Source: Bugula neritina
Lineage: Eukaryota > Animalia > Bryozoa
DNA: 64,000 nucleotides
Assembly (NCBI GenBank): GCA_964035545.1
Contig: CAXIUT010000183.1
Coordinates: 992,001-1,056,000, forward strand
Direction of reading: 5' to 3'
Made by a program: the position numbers and the translations under genes. Under the pieces are notes generated by a model. It worked only from the letters and a program-made list of their open reading frames with translations, was not told the DNA's origin and made no database searches. The number at the start of each line of letters is the position of its first letter. Within the stretch, counting starts at the first letter, position 1. Positions 28,801 through 43,310 of the stretch are shown piece by piece.

Positions 28801-31800
28801 TTTTAACAAATTGAAAAATACTGCAACATACTGAAATATACTGTAACACACTGAAGTATACTGCAACATACTGAAATACACTGTAACATACTGAAATATA
28901 CTGCAACATACTGAAATACACTGCTACATACTGAAATATACTGCAACGTACTGCAACATACTGCAGCATACTGAAATACACTGTAACATACTGAAATACA
29001 CTGCAACATACTACCACATATTGAAATACACTGCAACACATTGAAATGTACTGCAACATACCGAAATATATGGTAAACTACTAAAATATACTGTAACACA
29101 TTGAAAAATACTGCAACATACTGAAATATACTGCGACACCTAGCAATATACTGTAACATACTGAAATATGCTCTAGCACACTGATATACAATGCAACTTA
29201 CTGAAATATACTGCAACATACTGAAATACACTGCAACATCCTACAATATGCTGAAATACACAGTAACATATTGAAATACACTGCAACACTTTGAAATATA
29301 CTGCAACATACCGAAGTAAATGGTAAACTACTGCAACATACTACAACATACTGAAATACACTGCAACACATTGAAATATACTGCGACATACCTAAATATA
29401 CGGTAATATACTGAAATATACTGTAACACATTGAAAAATACTGCAACATACTGAAATACACTGTAACACACCGAAATATACTGCAACATACTGAAATACA
29501 CTGTAACATACTGAAATACACTGCTACATACTGAAATATACTGCAACATACTGCAACATACTGAAATACACAGTAACATACTGAAATAAACTGCAACATA
29601 CTACAACATATTGAAATACACTGCAACACATTGAAATATACTGCAACATACCTAAATATACGGTAATATACTGAAATTCACTGTAACGCATTGCAAAATA
29701 CTGCAACATACTGAAATTCACTGCGACACACTGAAATACGCTGCAAAATACTACAACATACTGAAATAAACTGTAACATGTTGAAATACACTGCAACACA
29801 TTGAAAAATACTGCAACATACTGAAATATACTGTAACACACTGAAATATACTGCAACATACTGAAATACACTGTAACATACTGAAATATACTGCAACATA
29901 CTGAAATACACTGCTACATACTGAAATATATTGCAACATACTGCAACATACTGCAATACACTGTAAAATACTGAAATACACTGCAACATACTACTACAAC
30001 ATATTAAAATACACTGCAACACATTGAAATACACTGCAACTTACCGAATATATGGTAAACTACTGAAATATACTGTAACGCATTGAAAAGTACTGCAACA
30101 TACTGAAATATATTGCGACACATTGCAATAAACTGTAACATACTGAAAAATGCTGTAGCACACTGAAATACACTGCCATTCACTGAAATATACTGCAACA
30201 TACTGAAATACACCGCAACATCCTACAACATACTGAAGTACACTGTAACATATTGAAATACACTGCAACACATTGAAATATACTGCAACATACCGAAATA
30301 TATCGTAAACTACTGAAATATACTGTAACACATTGAAAAAAACTGCAACATACTGAAATATACTGTAACAAACCGAAATATACTGCAACATACTGAAATA
30401 CACTGTAACATACTGAAATATACTGTAACATACTGAAATACACTGCAACATCCTACAAAATGCTGAAATACACTGTAACATATTGAAATACACTGTAACA
30501 TACTGAAATATACTGCAATATAATGAAATACACTGCAACATTCTACAAAAGGCTGAAATACACTGTAACATATTGAAATACACTGCAACACATTGAAATA
30601 TACTGCAACATACCGAAATATATGGTAAACTACTGAAATATACTGTAACACATTGAAAAAAACTGACATACTGAAATATACTGCGACACCTAGCAATATA
30701 CTGTAACATACTGAAATATGCTCTAGCACACTGAAATACAATGCAACTCACTGAAATATACTGCAACATACTGAAATACACCGCAACATCCTACAACATA
30801 CTAAAATACACTGTAACATTTCGAAATACACTGCAACACATTGAATTATACTGCAACATAACGAAATATATGGTAAACTAGTGAAATATATTTTAACAAA
30901 TTGAAAAATACTGCAACATACTGAAATATACTGTAACACACTGAAGTATACTGCAACATACTGAAATACACTGTAACATACTGAAATATACTGCAACATA
31001 CTGAAATACACTGCTACATACTGAAATATACTGCAACGTACTGCAACATACTGCAGCATACTGAAATACACTGTAACATACTGAAATACACTGCAACATA
31101 CTACCACATATTGAAATACACTGCAACACATTGAAATGTACTGCAACATACCGAAATATATGGTAAACTACTAAAATATACTGTAACACATTGAAAAATA
31201 CTGCAACATACTGAAATATACTGCGACACCTAGCAATATACTGTAACATACTGAAATATGCTCTAGCACACTGAAATACAATGCAACTTACTGAAATATA
31301 CTGCAACATACTGAAATACACTGCAACATCCTACAATATGCTGAAATACACAGTAACATATTGAAATACACTGCAACACTTTGAAATATACTGCAACATA
31401 CCGAAATATATGGTAAACTACTGCAACATACTACAACATACTGAAATACACTGCAACACATTGAAATATACTGCGACATACCTAAATATACGGTAATACA
31501 CTGAAATATACTGTAACACATTGAAAAATACTGCAACATACTGAAATACACTGTAACATACTGAAATACACTGCTACATACTGAAATATACTGCAACATA
31601 CTGCAACATACTGAAATACACAGTAACATACTGAAATAAACTGCAACATACTACAACATATTGAAATACACTGCAACACATTGAAATATACTGCAACATA
31701 CCTAAATATACGGTAATATACTGAAATTCACTGTAACGCATTGCAAAATACTGCAACATACTGAAATTCACTGCGACACACTGAAATACGCTGCAAAATA

Positions 31801-31848
31801 CTACAACATACTGAAATAAACTGTAACATGTTGAAATACACTGCAACA
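23594..31848. repeat. Tandem duplication of ~4.1 kb (offset 4109, then 4169 after a 60-bp deletion in copy 1, then 4129 after a 40-bp deletion in copy 2)
   Basis: Shared private variants: GCAAATTACT (about 24066/28175), CTGCTTCAT (about 24283/28392) and CTGGAACAT (about 24353/28462). ORF offsets are 24050->28159 and 25872->30041. Junction at about 27703. Confidence 0.9.
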
Positions 31849-34800
31849 CATTGAAAAATACTGCAACATACTGAAATATACTGTAACACACTGAAATATA
31901 CTGCAACATACTGAAATACACTGTAACATACTGAAATATACTGCAACATACTGAAATACACTGCTACATACTGAAATATACTGCAACATACTGCAACATA
32001 CTGCAATACACTGTAAAATACTGAAATACACTGCAACATACTACTACAACATATTGAAATACACTGCAACACATTGAAATACACTGCAACATACTGCAAC
32101 ATACTGCAATACACTGTAACATACTGAAATACACTGCAACATACTACAACATATTGAAATACACTGCAACACATTGAAATACACTGCAACTTACCGAATA
32201 TATGGTAAACTACTGAAATATACTGTAACGCATTGAAAAATACTGCAACATACTGAAATATATTGCGACACATTGCAATATACTGTAACATACTGAAAAA
32301 TGCTGTAGCACACTGAAATATACTGCAATTCACTGAAATATACTGCAACATACTGAAATACACCGCAACATCCTACAACATACTGAAATACTTTGTAACA
32401 TATTGAAATACACTGCAACACATTGAAATAGACTGCAACATAACGAAATATATGGTAAACTAATGAAATATATTTTAACACATTGAAAAATACTGCAACA
32501 TACTGAAATATATTTTAACACATTGAAAAATACTGCAACATACTGAAATACACTGCAACACATTGAAATATACTGCAACATACCGAAATATATGGTAAAC
32601 TACTGAAATATACTGTAACACATTGAAAAATACTGCAACATACTGAAATACACTGTAACATACTGAAATAAACTGCAACATACTACAACATATTGAGATA
32701 CACTGCAACAAATTGAAATATACTGCAACATACCTAAATATACGGTAATATACTGAAATTCACTGTAACGCATTGCAAAATACTACAACATACTGAAATT
32801 CACTGCGACACACTGAAATACGCTGCAAAATACTACAACATACTGAAATAAACTGTAACATATTGAAATACACTGCAACACATTGAAATATACTGCAACA
32901 TAACAAAATATATGGTAAACTACTGAAATAGACTTTAACACATTGAAAAATACTGCAACATACTGAAATACACTGTAACATACTGAAATATACTGCAACA
33001 TACTGAAACACACTGCTACATACTGAAATATACTGCAACGTACTGCAACATACTCCAGCATACTGAAATACACTGTAACATACTGAAATACACTGCAACA
33101 TACTACCACATATTGAAATACACTGCAACACATTGAAATGTACTGCAACATACCGAAATATACGGTAAACTACTAAAATATACTGTAACATATTGAAAAA
33201 TACTGCAACATACTGAAATATACTGCGACACCTAGCAATATACTGTAACATACTGAAATATGCTCTAGCACACTGAAATACAATGCAACACATTGAAATA
33301 TACTGCAACATACCTAAATATACGGTAATATACTGAAATTCACTGTAACGCATTGCAAAATACTGCAACATACTGAAATACACTGCAACATACTACCACA
33401 TATTGAAATACACTGCAACATATTGAAATACACTGCAACACATTGAAAAATACTGCAACATACTGAAATATACTGTAACACACTGAAATATACTGCAACA
33501 TACTGAAATACACTGTAACATACTGAAATATACTGCAACATACTGAAATACACTGCTACATACTGAAATATACTGCAACATACTGCAACATACTGCAATA
33601 CACTGTAACATACTGAAATACACTGCAATATACTACAACATATTGAAATACACTGCAACACATTGAAATACACTGCAACTTACCGAATATATGGTAAACT
33701 ACTGAAATATACTGTAACGCATTGAAAAATACTGCAACATACTGAAATATATTGCGACACATTGCAATATACTGTAACATACTAAAAAATGCTGTAGCAC
33801 ACTGAAATATACTGCAATTCACTGAAATATACTGCAACATACTGACATACACCGCAACATCCTACAACATACTGAAATACTTTGTAACATATTGAAATAC
33901 ACTGCAACACATTGAAATATACTGCAACATAACGAACTATATGGTAACCTACTGAAATATATTTTAACACATTGAAAAATACTGCAACATACTGAAATAT
34001 ATTTTAACACATTGAAAAATACTGCAACATAATGAAATATACTGTAACACACCGAAATATACTGCAACATACTGCAATACACTGTAAAATACTGAAATAC
34101 ACTGCAACATACTACTACATATTGAAATACACTGCAACACATTGAAATACACTGCAACATACTGCAACATACTGCAATACACTGTAACATACTTAAATAC
34201 ACTGCAACATACTACAACATATTGAAATACACTGCAACACATTGAAATACACTGCAACTTACCGAATAAATGGTAAACTACTGAAATATACTGTAACGCA
34301 TTGAAAAATACTGCAACATACTGAAATATATTGCGACACATTGCAATATACTGTAACATACTGAAAAATGCTGTAGCACACTGAAATATACTGCAATTCA
34401 CTGAAATATACTGCAAGATACTGAAATACACCGCAACATCCTACAACATACTGAAATACATTGTAACATATTGAAATACACTGCAACACATTGAAATAGA
34501 CTGCAACATAACGAAATATATGGTAAACTAATGAAATATATTTTAACACATTGAAAAATACTGCAACATACTGAAATATATTTTAACACATTGAAATATA
34601 CTGCAACATACTGAAATACACTGTAACATACTGAAATATACTGCAACATACTGAAATACACTGCTACATACTGAAATATATTGCAACATACTGCAACATA
34701 CTGCAATACACTGTAAAATACTGAAATACACTGCAACATACTACTACAACATATTAAAATACACTGCAACACATTGAAATACACTGCAACTTACCGAATA

Positions 34801-37800
34801 TATGGTAAACTACTGAAATATACTGTAACGCATTGAAAAGTACTGCAACATACTGAAATATATTGCGACACATTGCAATAAACTGTAACATACTGAAAAA
34901 TGCTGTAGCACACTGAAATACACTGCCATTCACTGAAATATACTGCAACATACTGAAATACACCGCAACATCCTACAACATACTGAAGTACACTGTAACA
35001 TATTGAAATACACTGCAACACATTGAAATATACTGCAACATACCGAAATATATCGTAAACTACTGAAATATACTGTAACACATTGAAAAAAACTGCAACA
35101 TACTGAAATATACTGTAACAAACCGAAATATACTGCAACATACTGAAATACACTGTAACATACTGAAATATACTGTAACATACTGAAATACACTGCAACA
35201 TCCTACAAAATGCTGAAATACACTGTAACATATTGAAATACACTGTAACATACTGAAATATACTGCAATATAATGAAATACACTGCAACATTCTACAAAA
35301 GGCTGAAATACACTGTAACATATTGAAATACACTGCAACACATTGAAATATACTGCAACATACCGAAATATATGGTAAACTACTGAAATATACTGTAACA
35401 CATTGAAAAAAACTGACATACTGAAATATACTGCGACACCTAGCAATATACTGTAACATACTGAAATATGCTCTAGCACACTGAAATACAATGCAACTCA
35501 CTGAAATATACTGCAACATACTGAAATACACCGCAACATCCTACAACATACTAAAATACACTGTAACATTTCGAAATACACTGCAACACATTGAATTATA
35601 CTGCAACATAACGAAATATATGGTAAACTAGTGAAATATATTTTAACAAATTGAAAAATACTGCAACATACTGAAATATACTGTAACACACTGAAGTATA
35701 CTGCAACATACTGAAATACACTGTAACATACTGAAATATACTGCAACATACTGAAATACACTGCTACATACTGAAATATACTGCAACGTACTGCAACATA
35801 CTGCAGCATACTGAAATACACTGTAACATACTGAAATACACTGCAACATACTACCACATATTGAAATACACTGCAACACATTGAAATGTACTGCAACATA
35901 CCGAAATATATGGTAAACTACTAAAATATACTGTAACACATTGAAAAATACTGCAACATACTGAAATATACTGCGACACCTAGCAATATACTGTAACATA
36001 CTGAAATATGCTCTAGCACACTGAAATACAATGCAACTTACTGAAATATACTGCAACATACTGAAATACACTGCAACATCCTACAATATGCTGAAATACA
36101 CAGTAACATATTGAAATACACTGCAACACTTTGAAATATACTGCAACATACCGAAATATATGGTAAACTACTGCAACATACTACAACATACTGAAATACA
36201 CTGCAACACATTGAAATATACTGCGACATACCTAAATATACGGTAATACACTGAAATATACTGTAACACATTGAAAAATACTGCAACATACTGAAATACA
36301 CTGTAACATACTGAAATACACTGCTACATACTGAAATATACTGCAACATACTGCAACATACTGAAATACACAGTAACATACTGAAATAAACTGCAACATA
36401 CTACAACATATTGAAATACACTGCAACACATTGAAATATACTGCAACATACCTAAATATACGGTAATATACTGAAATTCACTGTAACGCATTGCAAAATA
36501 CTGCAACATACTGAAATTCACTGCGACACACTGAAATACGCTGCAAAATACTACAACATACTGAAATAAACTGTAACATGTTGAAATACACTGCAACACA
36601 TTGAAAAATACTGCAACATACTGAAATATACTGTAACACACTGAAATATACTGCAACATACTGAAATACACTGTAACATACTGAAATATACTGCAACATA
36701 CTGAAATACACTGCTACATACTGAAATATACTGCAACATACTGCAACATACTGCAATACACTGTAAAATACTGAAATACACTGCAACATACTACTACAAC
36801 ATATTGAAATACACTGCAACACATTGAAATACACTGCAACATACTGCAACATACTGCAATACACTGTAACATACTGAAATACACTGCAACATACTACAAC
36901 ATATTGAAATACACTGCAACACATTGAAATACACTGCAACTTACCGAATATATGGTAAACTACTGAAATATACTGTAACGCATTGAAAAATACTGCAACA
37001 TACTGAAATATATTGCGACACATTGCAATATACTGTAACATACTGAAAAATGCTGTAGCACACTGAAATATACTGCAATTCACTGAAATATACTGCAACA
37101 TACTGAAATACACCGCAACATCCTACAACATACTGAAATACTTTGTAACATATTGAAATACACTGCAACACATTGAAATAGACTGCAACATAACGAAATA
37201 TATGGTAAACTAATGAAATATATTTTAACACATTGAAAAATACTGCAACATACTGAAATATATTTTAACACATTGAAAAATACTGCAACATACTGAAATA
37301 CACTGCAACACATTGAAATATACTGCAACATACCGAAATATATGGTAAACTACTGAAATATACTGTAACACATTGAAAAATACTGCAACATACTGAAATA
37401 CACTGTAACATACTGAAATAAACTGCAACATACTACAACATATTGAGATACACTGCAACAAATTGAAATATACTGCAACATACCTAAATATACGGTAATA
37501 TACTGAAATTCACTGTAACGCATTGCAAAATACTACAACATACTGAAATTCACTGCGACACACTGAAATACGCTGCAAAATACTACAACATACTGAAATA
37601 AACTGTAACATATTGAAATACACTGCAACACATTGAAATATACTGCAACATAACAAAATATATGGTAAACTACTGAAATAGACTTTAACACATTGAAAAA
37701 TACTGCAACATACTGAAATACACTGTAACATACTGAAATATACTGCAACATACTGAAACACACTGCTACATACTGAAATATACTGCAACGTACTGCAACA

Positions 37801-39346
37801 TACTCCAGCATACTGAAATACACTGTAACATACTGAAATACACTGCAACATACTACCACATATTGAAATACACTGCAACACATTGAAATGTACTGCAACA
37901 TACCGAAATATACGGTAAACTACTAAAATATACTGTAACATATTGAAAAATACTGCAACATACTGAAATATACTGCGACACCTAGCAATATACTGTAACA
38001 TACTGAAATATGCTCTAGCACACTGAAATACAATGCAACACATTGAAATATACTGCAACATACCTAAATATACGGTAATATACTGAAATTCACTGTAACG
38101 CATTGCAAAATACTGCAACATACTGAAATACACTGCAACATACTACCACATATTGAAATACACTGCAACATATTGAAATACACTGCAACACATTGAAAAA
38201 TACTGCAACATACTGAAATATACTGTAACACACTGAAATATACTGCAACATACTGAAATACACTGTAACATACTGAAATATACTGCAACATACTGAAATA
38301 CACTGCTACATACTGAAATATACTGCAACATACTGCAACATACTGCAATACACTGTAACATACTGAAATACACTGCAATATACTACAACATATTGAAATA
38401 CACTGCAACACATTGAAATACACTGCAACTTACCGAATATATGGTAAACTACTGAAATATACTGTAACGCATTGAAAAATACTGCAACATACTGAAATAT
38501 ATTGCGACACATTGCAATATACTGTAACATACTAAAAAATGCTGTAGCACACTGAAATATACTGCAATTCACTGAAATATACTGCAACATACTGACATAC
38601 ACCGCAACATCCTACAACATACTGAAATACTTTGTAACATATTGAAATACACTGCAACACATTGAAATATACTGCAACATAACGAACTATATGGTAACCT
38701 ACTGAAATATATTTTAACACATTGAAAAATACTGCAACATACTGAAATATATTTTAACACATTGAAAAATACTGCAACATAATGAAATATACTGTAACAC
38801 ACCGAAATATACTGCAACATACTGCAATACACTGTAAAATACTGAAATACACTGCAACATACTACTACATATTGAAATACACTGCAACACATTGAAATAC
38901 ACTGCAACATACTGCAACATACTGCAATACACTGTAACATACTTAAATACACTGCAACATACTACAACATATTGAAATACACTGCAACACATTGAAATAC
39001 ACTGCAACTTACCGAATAAATGGTAAACTACTGAAATATACTGTAACGCATTGAAAAATACTGCAACATACTGAAATATATTGCGACACATTGCAATATA
39101 CTGTAACATACTGAAAAATGCTGTAGCACACTGAAATATACTGCAATTCACTGAAATATACTGCAAGATACTGAAATACACCGCAACATCCTACAACATA
39201 CTGAAATACATTGTAACATATTGAAATACACTGCAACACATTGAAATAGACTGCAACATAACGAAATATATGGTAAACTAATGAAATATATTTTAACACA
39301 TTGAAAAATACTGCAACATACTGAAATATATTTTAACACATTGAAA
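29842..39346. repeat. Two-copy tandem duplication of 4750 bp, apparently identical or nearly so
   Basis: ORF-track entries from 30004 to 34259 recur with the same translation at +4750 (e.g. 30041/34791, 32760/37510, 34259/39009). Junction at about 34592. Confidence 0.93.
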
Positions 39347-40890
39347 AATACTGCAACATACTGAAATACACTGCAACACATTGAAATATACTGTAACATA
39401 CCGAAATATATGGTAAACTACTGAAATATACTGTAACACATTGAAAAATACTGCAACATACTGAAATACACTGTAACATACTGAAATAAACTGCAACATA
39501 CTACAACATATTGAGATACACTGCAACAAATTGAAATATACTGCAACATACCTAAATATACGGTAATATACTGAAATTCACTGTAACGCATTGCAAAATA
39601 CTACAACATACTGAAATTCACTGCGACACACTGAAATACGCTGCAAAATACTACAACATACTGAAATAAACTGTAACATATTGAAATACACTGCAACACA
39701 TTGAAATATACTGCAACATAACAAAATATATGGTAAACTACTGAAATAGACTTTAACACATTGAAAAATACTGCAACATACTGAAATACACTGTAACATA
39801 CTGAAATATACTGCAACATACTGAAATACACTGCTACATACTGAAATATACTGCAACGTACTGCAACATACTCCAGCATACTGAAATACACTGTAACATA
39901 CTGAAATACACTGCAACATACTACCACATATTGAAATACACTGCAACACATTGAAATGTACTGCAACATACCGAAATATATGGTAAACTACTAAATTATA
40001 CTGTAACATATTGAAAAATACTGCAACATACTGAAATATACTGCGACACCTAGCAATATACTGTAACATACTGAAATATGCTCTAGCACACTGAAATACA
40101 ATGCAACACATTGAAATATACTGCAACATACCTAAATATACGGTAATATACTGAAATTCACTGTAACGCATTGCAAAATACTGCAACATACTGAAATACA
40201 CTGCAACATACTACCACATATTGAAATACACTGCAACATATTGAAATACACTGCAACACATTGAAAAATACTGCAACATACTGAAATATACTGTAACACA
40301 CTGAAATATACTGCAACATACTGAAATACACTGTAACATACTGAAATATACTGCAACATACTGAAATACACTGCTACATACTGAAATATACTGCAACATA
40401 CTGCAACATACTGCAATACACTGTAACATACTGAAATACACTGCAATATACTACAACATATTGAAATACACTGCAACACATTGAAATACACTGCAACTTA
40501 CCGAATATATGGTAAACTACTGAAATATACTGTAACGCATTGAAAAATACTGCAACATACTGAAATATATTGCGACACATTGCAATATACTGTAACATAC
40601 TGAAAAATGCTGTAGCACACTGAAATATACTGCAATTCACTGAAATATACTGCAACATACTGACATACACCGCAACATCCTACAACATACTGAAATACTT
40701 TGTAACATATTGAAATACACTGCAACACATTGAAATATACTGCAACATAACGAACTATATGGTAACCTACTGAAATATATTTTAACACATTGAAAAATAC
40801 TGCAACATACTGAAATATATTTTAACACATTGAAAAATACTGCAACATGCTGAAATATACTGTAACACACCGAAATATACTGCAACATAC
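36750..40890. repeat. Tandem duplication with a 2068-bp offset, more diverged than the 4750 pair
   Basis: ORF offsets 36941->39009, 37510->39578 and 38569->40637. Several substitutions separate the copies. Confidence 0.82.
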
Positions 40891-43310
40891 TGAAATACAC
40901 TGTAACATACTGAAATATACTGCAACATACTGAAATACACTGCTACATACTGCAACATACTGCAACATACTGCAACATACTGAAATACACTGCAACATAC
41001 TACAACATACTGAAATACGCTGCAACACATTGAAATATACTGCAACATACCTAAATATACGGTAACATACCGAAATATACTGTAACGCATTGCAAAATAC
41101 TGCAACATACTGAAATACACTGCGACACACTGAAATACGCTGCAAAATACTACAACATACTGAAATAAACTGTAACACATTGAAATACACTGCAATACAT
41201 TGAAAAATAATGCAATATACTGATATATACTGTAACACACTGAAATATACTGCAACATACTGAAATACACTGTAACATACTGAAATATACTGTAACATAC
41301 TGCAACATACTGAAATACACTGTAACATACTGAGATACACTGCCGCATACTGCAACATATTGAACTACACTGCAACACATTGAAATATATTGCAACTTAT
41401 CGAATATATGGAAAACTACTGAAATATACTGTAACGCATTGAAAAAGACTGCAACATACTGAAATATATTGCGACACATTGCAATATACTGTAATATACT
41501 GAAAAATGCTGTATCACACTGAAATATACTGCAATTCGCTGAAATATACTGCAACATACTGAAATACACCGCAACATCCTACAACATACTAAAATACACT
41601 GTAACATTTCGAAATACACTGCAACACATTGAATTATACTGCAACATAACGAAATATATGGTAAACTACTGAAATATATTTTAACAAATTGAAAAATACT
41701 GCAACATACTGAAATATACTGTAACACACTGAAGTATACTGCAACATACTGAAATACACTGTAACATACTGAAATATACTGCAACATACTGACATACACT
41801 GCTACATACTGAAATATACTGCAACGTACTGCAACATACTGCAGCATACTGAAATACACTGTAACATACTGAAATACACTGCAACATACTACCACATATT
41901 GAAATACACTGCAACACATTGAAATGTACTGCAACATACCGAAATATATGGTAAACTACTAAAATATACTGTAACACATTGAAAAATACTGCAACATACT
42001 GAAATATACTGCGACACCTAGCAATATACTGTAACATACTGAAATATGCTCTAGCACACTGAAATACAATGCAACTTACTGAAATATACTGCAACATACT
42101 GAAATACACTGCAACATCCTACAATATGCTGAAATACACAGTAACATATTGAAATACACTGCAACACTTTGAAATATACTGCAACATACCGAAATATATG
42201 GTAAACTACTGCAACATACTACAACATACTGAAATACACTGCAACACATTGAAATATACTGCGACATACCTAAATATACGGTAATATACTGAAATATACT
42301 GTAACACATTGAAAAATACTGCAACATAACGAACTATATGGTAACCTACTGAAATATATTTTAACACATTGAAAAATACTGCAACATACTGAAATATATT
42401 TTAACACATTGAAAAATACTGCAACATACTGAAATATACTGTAACACACCGAAATATACTGCAACATACTGAAATACACTGTAACATACTGAAATATACT
42501 GCAACATACTGAAATACACTGCTACATACTGCAACATACTGCAACATACTGCAACATACTGAAATACACTGTAACATACTGAAATAAACTGCAACATACT
42601 ACAACATATTGAAATACACTGCAACGCACTGAAATACACCGCAAAATACTACAACATGCTGAAATACACTGTAACATTGAAATCCACTGCAACACATTGA
42701 AATATACTGCAACATACCGAAATATATGGTAAACTACTGAAATAGACTTTAACACATTGAAAAATACTGCAACATACAGAAATATACTGTAACACACTGA
42801 AATATACTGCAACATACTGAAATATACTGCGACACATTGCAATATACTGTAACATATTGAAATATGCTGTAGCACACTGAAATACACTGCAACATCCTAC
42901 AACATACTGAAATACACTGTAACATATTCAAATACACTGCAAGAAATTGAAATAGACTGCAACATAACAAAATATATGGTAAACTACTGAAATAGACTTT
43001 AACACATTGAAAAATACTGCAACATACAGAAATATACTGTAACACACTGAAATATACTGCAACATACTGAAATACACTGTAACATTCTGAAATATACTGC
43101 AACATACTGAAATACACTGCTACATACTGAAATATACTGCAACATACTGCAAAATACTGCAACATACTGAAATACACTGTAACATATTGAAGTACACTGC
43201 AACACATTGAAATATACTGCAACATGCCAAAATATATGGTAAACAACTGAAATATACTTTAACACATTGAAAAATACTGCAACATACTGAAATATACTGC
43301 GACACTTTGC

